A stretch of DNA of 64,000 nt from Eledone cirrhosa. Taxonomy: Eukaryota. The position numbers and the translations under genes were made by a program. Shown here piece after piece: positions 52,231-64,000 of the stretch; the first letter of the stretch is position 1; the number at the start of each line of letters is the position of its first letter. A model generated the notes under the pieces. That model had not been told where the DNA came from. It worked only from the letters and a program-made list of their open reading frames with translations, and ran no database searches. The stretch lies in assembly GCA_964016885.1 (NCBI GenBank), contig OZ024742.1, forward strand, positions 64,976,001-65,040,000, read 5' to 3'.

Positions 52231-53120
52231 CCATACACAGAAATGATTCTGTAAATGCACATGTTTATCATCATCATCATTTAATGCCCTTTTTTCCTTA
52301 CTAGTATAGATTGGATGGATCAGTACTCAAGCAGAACTACTGGACACTCAGATGGGCTGTTGGCCTGCATTTTGCTTACATACTTTCCTACACTTTCCTG
52401 AGTGTTCAGACAAGCAGGGTCCCACATCCTGCTTACATACGTTTAAGTGCATTTTATCGTGGCACAGGCAATAAGAAATTGGCATGTGTTTGACACAACT
52501 GATGTGGCCTCTCGACCCTTTGTTTGGCTGGTTTTCTATGGCTGGATGCCCTTCCTACCACCAACCACTTTACAGAGTGTACTGGGTGTTTTTATCGTGT
52601 AGATCACAAACACCATGGAGGTTGTCATGTTTATGACACAATTAGAAGGTCTTCGTTCATCTAAAAAAAAGTTTCTACTATAATTTTATGTAAAAAGCTT
52701 TGTTACATTCTAAACACCAGCTTAACATTGAGAAAACTACTTATATTTCTATATTTGTGGATGGTCATGCTGTTCCAATGTTGTATTTTTATATTTCTAT
52801 AAATAATTCAGCTGGCAATCAATGTTTATCATTCATTGACTAACAATTAAAAAATATAAATATAAGTAAAGTTTCTCAGAGTTCTTTCATCACACATATC
52901 TGTAACATCATCAGTGATGTTTCTATGTTTCCTCCCGTTGTGTTCCTGTAATTTTTCAACACACAATTTCATATCAAAAATCTTGCAAAACAAATACTTA
53001 TATTTCTAAATCCTCATATATTCTTGATTAATTTTTAAATAATTTGAAAATCATTAGCAGTGTTTTGCATTAGAAATATGGTTATCTATACACATATATG
53101 ATTCTATATATACATGTATT

Positions 53121-54625
53121 TTGGGTGCAGTTGCACCCAACCTTGCTAAACCTCTAGCCACACTATTCAACCTATCATTGGCTACCAGAGTTGTTCCTGC
53201 CAACTGGAAAGTAGCTATAATTTGCCCTATCTTTAAAAAAGGCGACAAAGAAGATCCAGGGAACTACAGACCCGTGAGCCTCACCTCAATCGTCTGTAAA
53301 GCCTTGGAATCTCTAATCAAGCGGGCAATTATGGCTCATCTTGCGTCTTTCACTGCCATCTCTCCATCTCAACATGGTTTCATCCCGAAACGTTCCTGTC
53401 TTACAAACCTACTCGTGATGGAAGAATGGGTGACAAGGATAATAGACGATGGAGATGCGGTCGATATTATCTTTCTTGACTTCGCAAAAGCCTTTGACTC
53501 TGTCAACCACTGCTTGCTCCTGCATAAGCTCAGCAACTATAGTCTCCATGATTCGATTATAAAGTGGATTGGATCATTTCTTGAGGGTCGTACTTGCAGA
53601 GTTCGGATCAATGGCAGTCTGTCATCGGGGATGGGTGTAGACAGCGGCGTTCCCCAGGGCTCTGTGTTGGGCCCAATTCTCTTCCTTCTATCCATCAACG
53701 ACATGCCGGACGTGATTGGTGGAAATGTGCTTCTATTTGCAGATGATGTGAAAATGGTAGCCTGTAGGAGCGAGATCGACAATCTCAAGTCCAGCCTTCA
53801 GCACGCCTGGAGTTGGTCCATTGACTGGGATTTATACCTTAATGTCGATAAGTGTTGCCATATGGCAGTGGGTATACCTTATAACTCAGCTCTTACCTTC
53901 AACGGTGGCACTGCTCCTTTGAAGGAGGTTGAGGAGACTAAAGGTCTGCTGGTCGACTCGTCCTTCAAACCATCAAAACATTGCATTCAAGCCGCAAACA
54001 AGGCAAGGAGCTCTCTTTTTCTTATTCGACGTTCCTTTGCCAAACTTACTCCAGAAATTTTCAGGCCTCTCTATGTCGCCCTTGTGAGACCGCACCTAGA
54101 ATATAGCATCCAACCATCAAACCCATTTCTCATCCGGGATATCCATCACTTGGAGAGAGTTCAACGACTAGCGTCTCGAATGGTACAGGGTCTTCATGAG
54201 CTGCCCTACGAAAGCCGGCTGCAGAAGCTGAACCTCTTCTCCTTGGAGCGTCGACGGCTAAGAGGCGATCTCATTTTGGCTTACAATCTCTTCAATGGCC
54301 ATTACGATCTCCCTCAAGATCTCCTATTCACTCCGGCACTTGAAAGGGGTCTGCGTGGACATGAGAAAAAGCTGTTTCACCGCCGCTTTCGCCTAAATAG
54401 ACGGAAAGCTGCTTTCTCGATCCGCATCTCTGGACCCTGGAATCGGCTTCCAGAAGAAGTAGTCAACGCGTCGACCACGCAACAATTCAAGGTGAAAGTG
54501 GACTGGTGCTGGACCACTGTGTTTCGGACTGTGTAAATGTTGCGCCCCCCCCCCCCCCCTCTTTACATGGCATCTGAAGCATCTATGTTTTAATTTCTGC
54601 CAAATACATTGAATTGAATTGAAAA
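53121..54625 (+). mobile_element. CR1-clade LINE, 5'-truncated, open RT ORF 53121..54536
   Basis: PIFKKGD..DPGNYRPVSLTS, QHGF, FLDFAKAFDSV, GVPQGSVLGP, FADD, LERVQR. (ATTGA)n tail; possible TSD ATGTATTT. Confidence 0.92.
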
Positions 54626-54690
54626 ATGTATTTATTATATAGAACCCATTCATACTCTCAGCTCTGTTGTGCCTATTTTATAGATTACGT

Positions 54691-56788
54691 AAGGCTACTA
54701 AATGAGGAGAATAAATGGGAGAAAGACAGTCTCCCCCACATCGATCCAATAGAGGGACCAGCAGTGTTAGTCGAAGGTAGTATAATAAGTAAGGCAATCA
54801 AAGATATGAAGACGGGTAAGGCGGCTGGGCCTTCGGAAATAGTTGCTGAAATGCTGAAAGCTTCTGGAACGGTGGGACACACCATGGTCACCCGGATAGT
54901 AAACCAAGTCATACAGAATGGGGTTGCTCCGAAGGACTGGCGTAGCAGCATCATCATTAACTGCTACAAGGGTAAAGGAGATGCCCTAGATAGGAGTAAC
55001 TATAGAGGCATTAAATTAATCGACCAGGTTATGAAGGTCACAGAAAAAGTAATAGCGCAACTAATCAGAGAAAGAATTGATCTAGATGAAATGCAGTTCG
55101 GGTTTGTGTCAGGTAAAAGTACCACAGACGCTCTTTTCATTGTACGACAACTACAGGAGAAGTACCTAGCTAAAAGTAAACCCCTATACTTAGCTTTTGT
55201 CGACTTGGAGAAAGCCTTCGACAGAGTCCCCAGTTCCATTATCTGGTGGGCTCTTAGAAAACTAGGTGTTGATAAATGGCTTGTGAGAGCTATACAAGCC
55301 ATGTATAAAGAAACAGTCAGCAAGGTTAGAATTAACAACGAATATAGTGAAGAGTTTAGCGTAAAAGTTGGTGTTCATCAGGGCTCCGTTCTTAGCCCCC
55401 TACTGTTTATTATTGCCCTTCAGGCTATAACAGTGGAGTTCAAGACCGTCTGCCCATGGGAACTCCTATATGCAGATGATCTAACGCTCATAGCTGAATC
55501 AATGGCCGAACTAGAGAAGAAATTCCAAACATGGAAGCATGGCCTAGAATCAAAAGGCCTTAAAATTAACCTGTCTAAGACTAAAGTTCTAGTTTGTAGG
55601 AAGGAAAATAGGGCACCGGTCCCATCCGGGAAATGGCCATGCTCAGTGTGTAGGAAAGGAGTAGGTAGAAACTCCATTTTATGTCCCAAATGCAAAGTAT
55701 GGGTGCATAAAAGATGTAGTGGGATCACAGGTAAGCTAACTAAGAACATAGATTTTATATGTGGCCAGTGCTCTGGTGCAATAAGTAGCAGCAAGTGCCC
55801 ACAGAATACTAGCTCATTCCATTGCACAGATGGTTCTATAGAAATAGTGGACAGCTTCCGTTACTTGGGTGACAAAATCATAGGGTGCTCTGAAAGTACA
55901 GTAGCTAGAGTCAGAACTGGATGGAAAAAGTTCAGAGAGCTTATACCACTATTAGCCGCTAAAGGGTTCTCTCTAAAAATGAAAGGCAGGCTGTATGATG
56001 CCTGCATACGAACAGCAATGTTACATGGCAATGAGACCTGGGCATTGTGTGCAGAGGATATACGCAGACTGGAGAGGAATGAAGCTTGCATGCTCCGCTG
56101 GATGTGTAATAGTAATATACATGAACGGCAAAGCATAAACGAACTAAGGAAAAATTAGAAATAAGAGGGATCAGATGTTGTTTACTTGAGAGAAGACTAC
56201 GTTGGTATGGTCACGTGATGCGCATGAAAGATGACAGCTGTATAAAAAAGTGCAGGGCAATAAAAATAGACGGTAGCCACGGAGTAGGCAGACCCAGAAA
56301 AACCTGGGATGACTTGATAAATTCCGACTTCACACACTTACACCTCTCCAAGACAATGTCACTGGACCGAGATCTTTGGCGATACACAGTAATACAGAAG
56401 ACCCGCCTTGCCTAAGTACAAAGTGAAACCTACAGTCAGTAGGCACCTCTAACAAAATACACCCCCGTCCCACTACCCCCACACATCCCCTTCAATGTGA
56501 AGTTATGTTGGCACCACAACATCCAGTCCGAAACAAATGAGGTCGTGTAGGTGTCACGACAAAAAAACACACAGTCCACGCTGTAATGTGGCCGTGTAGG
56601 TAACATGGTAAAAACCTCCCAGTCCACACTGTAAACGTGGTTTGTGTTAGGAAGGGCACCCAGCTGTAGAAAACATGCCAGACAGTCCTATGCGAGCAAG
56701 ACAACCACTCTTGCCTCAAATGGGAAAACTCCCGTCCAAACCCATGCAAGCGTGGAATATGGACATTAAACGATGATGATGATGATGA
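54691..56788 (+). mobile_element. RTE LINE family A, 5'-truncated
   Basis: ORF to 56158, frameshift, then 56215..56415; 3'UTR and (GAT)n tail. Confidence 0.95.
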
Positions 56789-57929
56789 TTTAATATGAAA
56801 CATAGTGAAAATGTTACATAACAGACCCAGAATGTAAATGTTCTGTAATTTCAGTGGCAAGTGGGTGGGGAATAGATGAAGGCACGTGATAAGGGGGTGG
56901 GGCTAGCTGGCAGGCCAGCCATGGAGAAGGAGCTCTATAAAATAAACTTCAGATGTTTTCACAGCCATAAATATAAACAAATCCCCCCTCCCATACACAC
57001 ACATACAAGGTCATTCTCACACTCACTCACTCATTCTCAAGTAATCGTAATTGCTTACACATACTATCTTACACATTCTCTCTCTCTCTCTCTATCTCTC
57101 TTATTGATGATGATGATAATATATATATTTGTGTGTGAAGGAGAGAGAGAGTCCCACACCATTAAAAGGTGAAGGATTCATTAGATAATATAATCCTAGA
57201 CACACTGTCTGAATAAACCTGATGGCAGGACTCCTTTAGATCTAAATTGTTCTGGTATTGAACAACTATAATTATGGACATGCTAACTGCTAAGGTCGTG
57301 GGTTTGAATCCCTATTGCAGCTGTGTGTTTGTATTCTATACAGTACACTTAATAACACATTACCACTAGTTTGTTAAAGATATATGTTACCAGATATCTG
57401 GCAATGTTACCCAAAAGCATTAGTTACTGTTGTTTGATGAAAAATGTTCCAATCTTTGCTATCATCATCATCATCGTTTAACGTCCATCTTCCATGCTAG
57501 CATGGGTTTGGACGTATCATGCCTTTTATCAAATATACTATATATTATACTTTTGTGTAGCAGTGTAAGTATGTGGTGTAGTGTAGCAATGAGTAGGTAT
57601 GTGTGGTAGTGTGTGTTAAAAACACTTCACAGATAAGATAGTTACATTGTTGTGCTTTGGTTGGTTGGGTAGTATGGTGATTGTTGTTGTTTAGCCCCAG
57701 GACAGTCAAGATGGAACAGGTTTAAGATCAAAATAATTCAAGGCTTCATCATTTTGTATTATTTTTTTCAGGCATAATGCTTCTAGGACTACATTATATG
57801 AAGTACCTTTTTAAGGTAGAGGAGAATGATTTGATGGAATTTGAACTGCTCTTTCTAGCAGTTTGAGCGACTACTTAGTGGATCAATCGGCTTGTGTGAG
57901 GACATGGTGTAATGCAGTACAGATTGTAG

Positions 57930-58258
57930 ACATGTGGTGTAGTGTGGCAGTGTAGTTATGTGATGTAGTGTGGTGGCAGTGTAGGTATGTGGTGTAGTGT
58001 GGTGGCAGTGTAGTTACATGGTGTAGTGTGGTGGCAGTGTAGTTACGTGGTGTAATGTGGTGGCAGTGAAGTTATGTGGTGTAGTTTAGCAGTGTAGTTA
58101 TGTGGTGTAGTGTGGCAGTGTAGTTATGTGGTGTAGTGTGGCAGTGTAGTTATGTGGTGTAGTGTGGCAGTGAAGTTATGTGGTGTAGTGTGGCAGTGTA
58201 GTTATGTGGTGTAGTGTGGCAGTGTAGTTATGTGGTGTCGTGTAGTGCAGTGTAGGTA
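57930..58258. repeat. 26-bp GT-rich minisatellite
   Basis: GTAGTTATGTGGTGTAGTGTGGCAGT repeated. Confidence 0.9.
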
Positions 58259-58336
58259 TGAAATTTAGGGTTTCTTTGTGTTCAGTCAGTTTCTGTAGTA
58301 TGTTACATATTTTAGCTGACCAATCTATTTGTTGGC

Positions 58337-58535
58337 TTAACCCTTTAGTGTTTAAACCTGCCAGAATTCTCTCACCTCTTTCTATTCAAATTGGTTATGA
58401 CTGGCCCCTCATACTTATGTTAAGGTATTGTTCTCAAAATAAATAATATCAAAATCTCATACATTCAATATTATGTGAGATAAAGACTTTATTGTAAAAA
58501 TATAGTAAATATAGAATAATGAGAATGTTAAAGGT
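58337..58535 (+). mobile_element. MITE family M2
   Basis: TTAACCCTTTAG...GAATGTTAAAGG; body matches 50732-50937. Confidence 0.65.
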
Positions 58536-58798
58536 CCAGAAATGTGTGTGTGTGTGTAATAATTAGAGATATATGAGAAATGTGTGAGTGTATAGAGATA
58601 AGTCATTTAAATGGCATAGTAGCTGGGGAACGGAGTTATGTGGGTGATGACAATATATTGGTGGGTGACATACTATCCCTACAATTGGTAGTGTTGTTCT
58701 TGGGGTTGTGGTGGGGGATGTGACAAGTTTATATGCACACTGACACACACACACACAATCCTTGTCTTTCTCTCTCTACCATATATATATATAGAGAG

Positions 58799-59145
58799 AG
58801 AGAAATAGTAGACACTTTCCGTTACCTGGGTGACGAAATCAGCAGTGGTGGAGGGTGTTCTGAAAGTACAGTAGCCAGAGTCAGAACTGGATGGAAAAAG
58901 TTCAGAGAGCTTATACCGCTGTTGGCTACAAAAGGTTTCTCTCTAAAAATGAAAGGCAGATTGTATGATGCCTGTATACGAACAGCAATGCTACATGGCA
59001 GTGAGACATGGGCATTACGTGCAGAGGACCTGCGTAGACTGGAAAGGAACAAAGCATGCATGCTCCGTTGGATGTGTAATAGTAATATACGTGAACGGCA
59101 AAGCATAAATGAACTAAGTGAGAATTAGGAATAAGAGGGATCAGA
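58799..59145 (+). mobile_element. RTE family A internal fragment (no 3' tail)
   Basis: [22 protein letters not shown]...LRWMCNS. Confidence 0.88.
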
Positions 59146-59191
59146 CGAGTGTATATATATATATATACACACTCATATATATATACACTCA

Positions 59192-59482
59192 TATCATCAT
59201 CATCATCATTTTACGTCCGCTTTTCCCAGCTTGCAAGGGTGGGACAGGAACTGATTCTGGCTGGATGCCTTTCCTAACACCAACCTCATTTACAGCCTCA
59301 TCCACGACCACTTTGCAGTGGAATGATAGGGACCCCAGTCCCTATCATCTCATTTCTACAGCTGAGTAAACTGGAGCAATGTGAAATAAAGTGTCTTGCT
59401 CAAGGAAACAACACATCACTCGGTCTGAGAATTGAACTCACAACCTTTCGATTGCAAGGCCAATGCTCTAACCACTAAGCCA
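59192..59482 (-). mobile_element. tRNA/CORE-like SINE with internal deletions
   Basis: Reverse complement of the 15227 SINE. Confidence 0.88.
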
Positions 59483-60316
59483 ATATATGGAATCAAATTA
59501 AAATCAGGGACAAATCTGGACAAAAGCTTATGCACAAACACAAACTTACTGCATTTTCTGCTGTTTACTTCCACTCTGTTAATTACTGGCAGAAGTGTGT
59601 ATTTGTTTATCTAATCTTTGTCATAATTTATCGGTCTGTATCTATTCTGACTGTTATATGATAAGTGGAGTAAAATAAACACACACAAAGCTGGAACCTC
59701 TACATTGTTGCTAAATCAGTTAGAAATAACAACCAAATCACACTTGAATAATGTAATTGTAGATATACCCATAAAAAGACAGCTTGATCATAGCTGGAAT
59801 GACTCTAATCAAAGACACCCCAGCCATTTTGTAGATATATTATCAGATGGTATTGTATGTCATGGTAAACTTACTTCTCTTGAATGTAGCTTTAACATAT
59901 TTATGTAATCTGAGCTCCATTTTAATCTCATCACTGAAGTTCTTTAGAATTGCCATCCTGTTGGTTAATATTCTTGGTATATTAAACAGATGGTTAAATT
60001 TGATATTTTCTGTGTCAAACCCATCTCTGTAGAACTCTTTTGAATCTTCTCTAAAAATCTATCTAAAGAAGTTATTTCTTTTCTCGTATCTCCTATGTCA
60101 TTGTACTTTAGCTTGGATCTTTTGTATTTCTCTTTAAAATGCAAAGCCTTCTTTCTAGTTGGTTCCTTTTTCTGCCTTTGACATTTGTCTCTTTTTTTAT
60201 TTCATTCAGAACTGAAAAGTCTCCATGTAAATTATTGATCCATTTCTCCATCTTATCCTTCCTATTATTCATCTTCATTGTCACTTAACAACCACATTCC
60301 CTGTTATTAATATTAG

Positions 60317-60830
60317 GGCAGTATCAGTTGAGCATTGGACAACATGCTTTGTGGCATAGAGTGATTGCTCTTTACTTTCTGAATTTAAATTCCGCTGAGG
60401 TTAGCTTTGCCGTTCATCCTTATGGGGTCAATAAAATTAAGTACCAGTAACACACTGGGGTCGATTTAATCAACTTTCTCCTCTGCCCCCAAATTGCTGG
60501 CCTTGTTCCTAAAGTAGAAACAATTATCATCTAGAGTGGTCAATTGCCAGAATCATTTGAGCAGTGGAAACAAATACCTTAGGGTATTTGTTCTAGCTCT
60601 TTATATCCTGTGTACAAATCACACCAAGATCAACTTTGCCTTTCATCCAATGGAAGTTAATAAAATAAAGTACCAGTCAAATACTGGTTGCATATAATTG
60701 ACTTTCCTCACTCCTCAAACTGTTGACTTTATACCTAAATGTGGATTGGCAGTATCAGTAGAGGGTTGGATGCCATGCTTTGCAGCATAGTTACATCCCT
60801 TTACAGTCTGAGTTCAAATCCTGTTGAGGG
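60317..60830 (+). mobile_element. Tandem of Meta-domain-like SINE copies
   Basis: CTTTGCC.TTCATCC...AAGTACCAG at ~60405 and ~60635; third head GGCAGTATCAGTAGAGGG at 60748. Confidence 0.65.
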
Positions 60831-61184
60831 TAAAAGCGATGACGTTCTTGGAGAAATTCTGGCCATTGATGAAAATCAACTAGAGTTTCTCCAAGAAGTA
60901 CCACATTCAACCCCAGTGTCTCACTACCATAGATCTACCACATTCAGGACCTATGTCTCACTATTACACATTTACCCCATGTCTCACTACCATGCAGCAT
61001 TACAGATTTAAATGTTATTTCTACAAACTGTATTTCACACACACAAACACACAGACTGAGGCAAGGTAGGGGGCCTCTTTGTTTTCAACCAAGATAACTT
61101 CCTCAGCTATTTTCATCCACTCTTCTAACTCCAGCAATCGTTTCTAATTCTTATATATTTCTTATTTATTAATTCCTAAGTACA

Positions 61185-61498
61185 TCTACACCATCCCTTT
61201 CTCTGTAAAGTTATGTTGGTGCCACAACATCCAGTCCTAAATAAATGAGGTTGTGTAGGTGTCACGACAAAAAAAAAAACACACAGTCCATGCTGTAATG
61301 TGGCCGTGTAAGTAACATGGTAAAAACCTCCCAGTCCACACTGTAAACGTGGTTGGTGTTAGGAAGGGCATCCAGCCGTAGAAAACCTGCTAGACAGTCC
61401 TACACGAGCAAGACAACCAATCTTGCCTCAAGTGGGGCAATTCCCATCTAAACCCATGCTAGCGTGGAAGATAGACGTTAAATGATGATGATGATGAT
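61185..61498 (+). mobile_element. RTE family A 3'UTR stub
   Basis: Matches 48215-48527; (GAT)n tail. Confidence 0.85.
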
Positions 61499-61859
61499 CT
61501 AAATTAGTCCCAAGTTTCTCTCTCTCTCTCTCATATACCCCCCCCCCACACACACACACAACAACATATTGGTTGTTGTCCAATCTTCTCTCTTCTAGGT
61601 GACCTTTATATATTTTATCTTCATTCATTTTTGTGCCAAAGCATATATCTCTAGAGATGTTTTCATACCTATTATTATCATCATCATCGTCATCAACATT
61701 GCATGCTTTCAGTGTATTACTGAACACAGCTCCATGTACCTTGAATATGTGAAGTGTTTTGGTTTGGTTTTATTGTTTTTGTTTTATTGAATGTACTCTA
61801 CCTAATGTGTGCAGTGCCTTGGAATGATTGTTCCTTTATGTTGAACATAAAGTGAGTGC

Positions 61860-62205
61860 CCATACCGTAAAGTGGTTGTGAAAAGCACACAGTACACACT
61901 GTAAAGTGGTTGTGTAGGTATCACGGCAAAAAGCACCCAGTCCACACTGTAAAGTGGTTGTGTAGGTGTCACGACAAAAAGCACCCAGTACACACTGTAA
62001 AGTGGTTGTGTAGGCAACACGGCAAAAAGCAACCAGCACACACTGTAAATGTGGTTGCCATTAGGAAGGGCATCCAGCCATAGAAACCAAGCCAAATCAG
62101 TTCTGTCTGAGTGAAATCGTGGTCCCCCGACCTGATTCCTCACAAAGGGATAGCCCATCCTACCTGCGCTAGCGTGGAAGATGAATGTTAAATGATGATG
62201 CTGAT
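61860..62205 (+). mobile_element. RTE-type 3'UTR built from ~48-bp tandem units
   Basis: CACACTGTAAAGTGGTTGTGTAGG..TCACG.CAAAAAGCACCCAGT repeated about 4 times, then AGGAAGGGCATCCAGC and a tail. Confidence 0.7.
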
Positions 62206-62777
62206 AATGATACAGGATTAGCCAAGATCTCTTTGTCCGTGTGGATTGGTATATCCCAGAGTATAGTCTTTTTCTCATTCCCTGATGTCTTTTCTGTGGA
62301 TATTTCATGTATGTATGGACCCATAACTCCTGAAGGCGTATGCATCCCTCTTCATGTCTGAAGAGACCTGATTGATTTTTAGAGAAAGAGGGTGAAAGAG
62401 GGGGAATTGAAAAAGAGATATATAGGAAGAACTGCCTTTTCCCCTCCCCCAGCATTGTACTGGTATTTTATTTGTTGACTTCAAACTGATGAAAGGCAAA
62501 ATTGACCTCAGTGGAATTTGAACTCAGAATGCATAGAGCTGGACTGAATACCACAAAGTATTCTATTCAACATTCTAATGATTCTGCTAATTCACTGCAC
62601 TGGGTACTTCATAAAGCTGACATACTTTCCAATATATGAGAGCCCCAATTCTGTCATGCTTATAGATGTGTTGTTTCTTGGTTAAGACTAGACTACCAGA
62701 GACAATCTCATTGATTGTTTGAACCTAACCTTATTCCCCGCAGATATCCTTTCTATGTTTATCTTTGTATTATCAGT

Positions 62778-63045
62778 GAAGGCATATGGCTTAGTGGTTA
62801 GGCTGTTGGGCTCATAATCTGAAGGTCATGAGTTCAATTCCCGGACCGGGCAGTGTGTTGTGTACTTACACAAGACACTTTATTTCACAATGCTCCTGTC
62901 CACTTGGCTGGAAAAAATGAGTTGTGGTGTCACTGGTACCCAGCTGTATCAGCCTTTGCTTTACCTTGGACAACATTGGTGGCAGGGAGAGCAGAGACAG
63001 GTATGCATGGGTGGCTGTTGGTCTTCCACAAAAACATCTTGTCCA
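62778..63045 (+). mobile_element. tRNA-derived CORE-like SINE, diverged
   Basis: TGGCTTAGTGG A box, GAGTTCAATTC B box, CAAGACACTTTATTTCACA core. Confidence 0.7.
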
Positions 63046-64000
63046 GGTTTAGTTTCCTCCTTCTTTATACTTCTCTGGTTCATGTGTCAACTATTGTGCA
63101 TAATTTCCTCCACCTTTATATATATATATATGTCTCTTGACATGTCAATACAGTATGTGTGTCCACGTCACCAATCCTAGAAACAATTTGCCAAGTTCAA
63201 CAAATTTCCCAGTCTACATCTGTTTTCTTGCAGCCAGCTATTCTAAACAACAGTCATATAAGTCTCATGTCTAGGATGATGGAAGGGATCTAACTGCACC
63301 TTTGACTAAGTCAGAGATTTTCAAATTTTGCCCCCCTCCATAGCCACGTAACACCTTCAGCGCAACCCCCAACCTTATTTTCAGAGAGATCTGCATACAA
63401 GCAAATTGTAAAAAATATATAATAGATAAAATCGTTAATTTATATATAAATAATATAATATATACTATGTATAAATATTATATATTTTTTATTTTACTAT
63501 ATTTATATATATGTGTCATTTGATATTTAATATACTATTATATCATTTCTACCTCTCCCTTAGGCCCCAGCACCCCCTGGACCTTCTCCCCCTCCCCCCG
63601 TAGGGGGTGGTAGAGCCCACTTTGAGAACCTCTGGACTAAGTAATGAAACAGTGTTATTTAGTTTTTCTTCTCTCTCTCTCCTCTCAATATGCATAGCCA
63701 TGTCCCACATTATCAGTACACTATTTTTCTTCAGCTATTTTCTCAGTCAAGCATGGGTGTGGGTGTATGTGTGCAAGCATGTATGTGTGTTCACAATATT
63801 TTGGGGTTAGTCTGATGTAACTGCATCACATTACACCTTCAGACACCTTATGATATGTTAGGTTTACAGTAACTTAGATGTCTAAGTCTTGTTCTTCAGA
63901 TTGTTTGGGTGATGAAAACCTATTGTTTTCCTGTGAAAGTCGGTTTAAATTAACAGTACCTTTCACCAAACATGTAGCAATAGCATCTTTCACCAAATGT

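Noticed and set aside
60739-61011. Possible host exon (DDVLGEILAIDENQLEFLQE)
   Set aside because: Begins in a SINE, has no convincing acceptor, and shows no recognisable similarity to the expected next GLDC exon.

Overview
Repeat-dense animal genomic DNA. The repeat types suggest a cephalopod (octopus-like); this is inference. Only one host coding exon is supported: a 79-nt AG/GT-bounded exon at 41271-41349 resembling the N-terminal part of glycine dehydrogenase (GLDC/P-protein). The window is therefore probably intronic. About 5-39 kb is a chain of retroelements separated by (TA)n-type microsatellites: several RTE-clade LINE families, Penelope-like element (PLE) remnants with GIY-YIG endonuclease, CR1 fragments and tRNA-derived SINEs. 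Unannotated signals: (i) about ten hammerhead-ribozyme-like motifs from apparently unrelated PLE/pLTR-like pieces, several in non-coding foldback units; (ii) recurrent foldback inversions, including a ~2 kb PLE palindrome, a perfect 391-bp palindrome and a GIY-YIG gene split across strands; (iii) a 27-bp satellite that seems to have grown inside a TTAA-type MITE and then captured a SINE and a near-full-length RTE LINE with a single premature stop. Everything was read by eye, so element boundaries are approximate.
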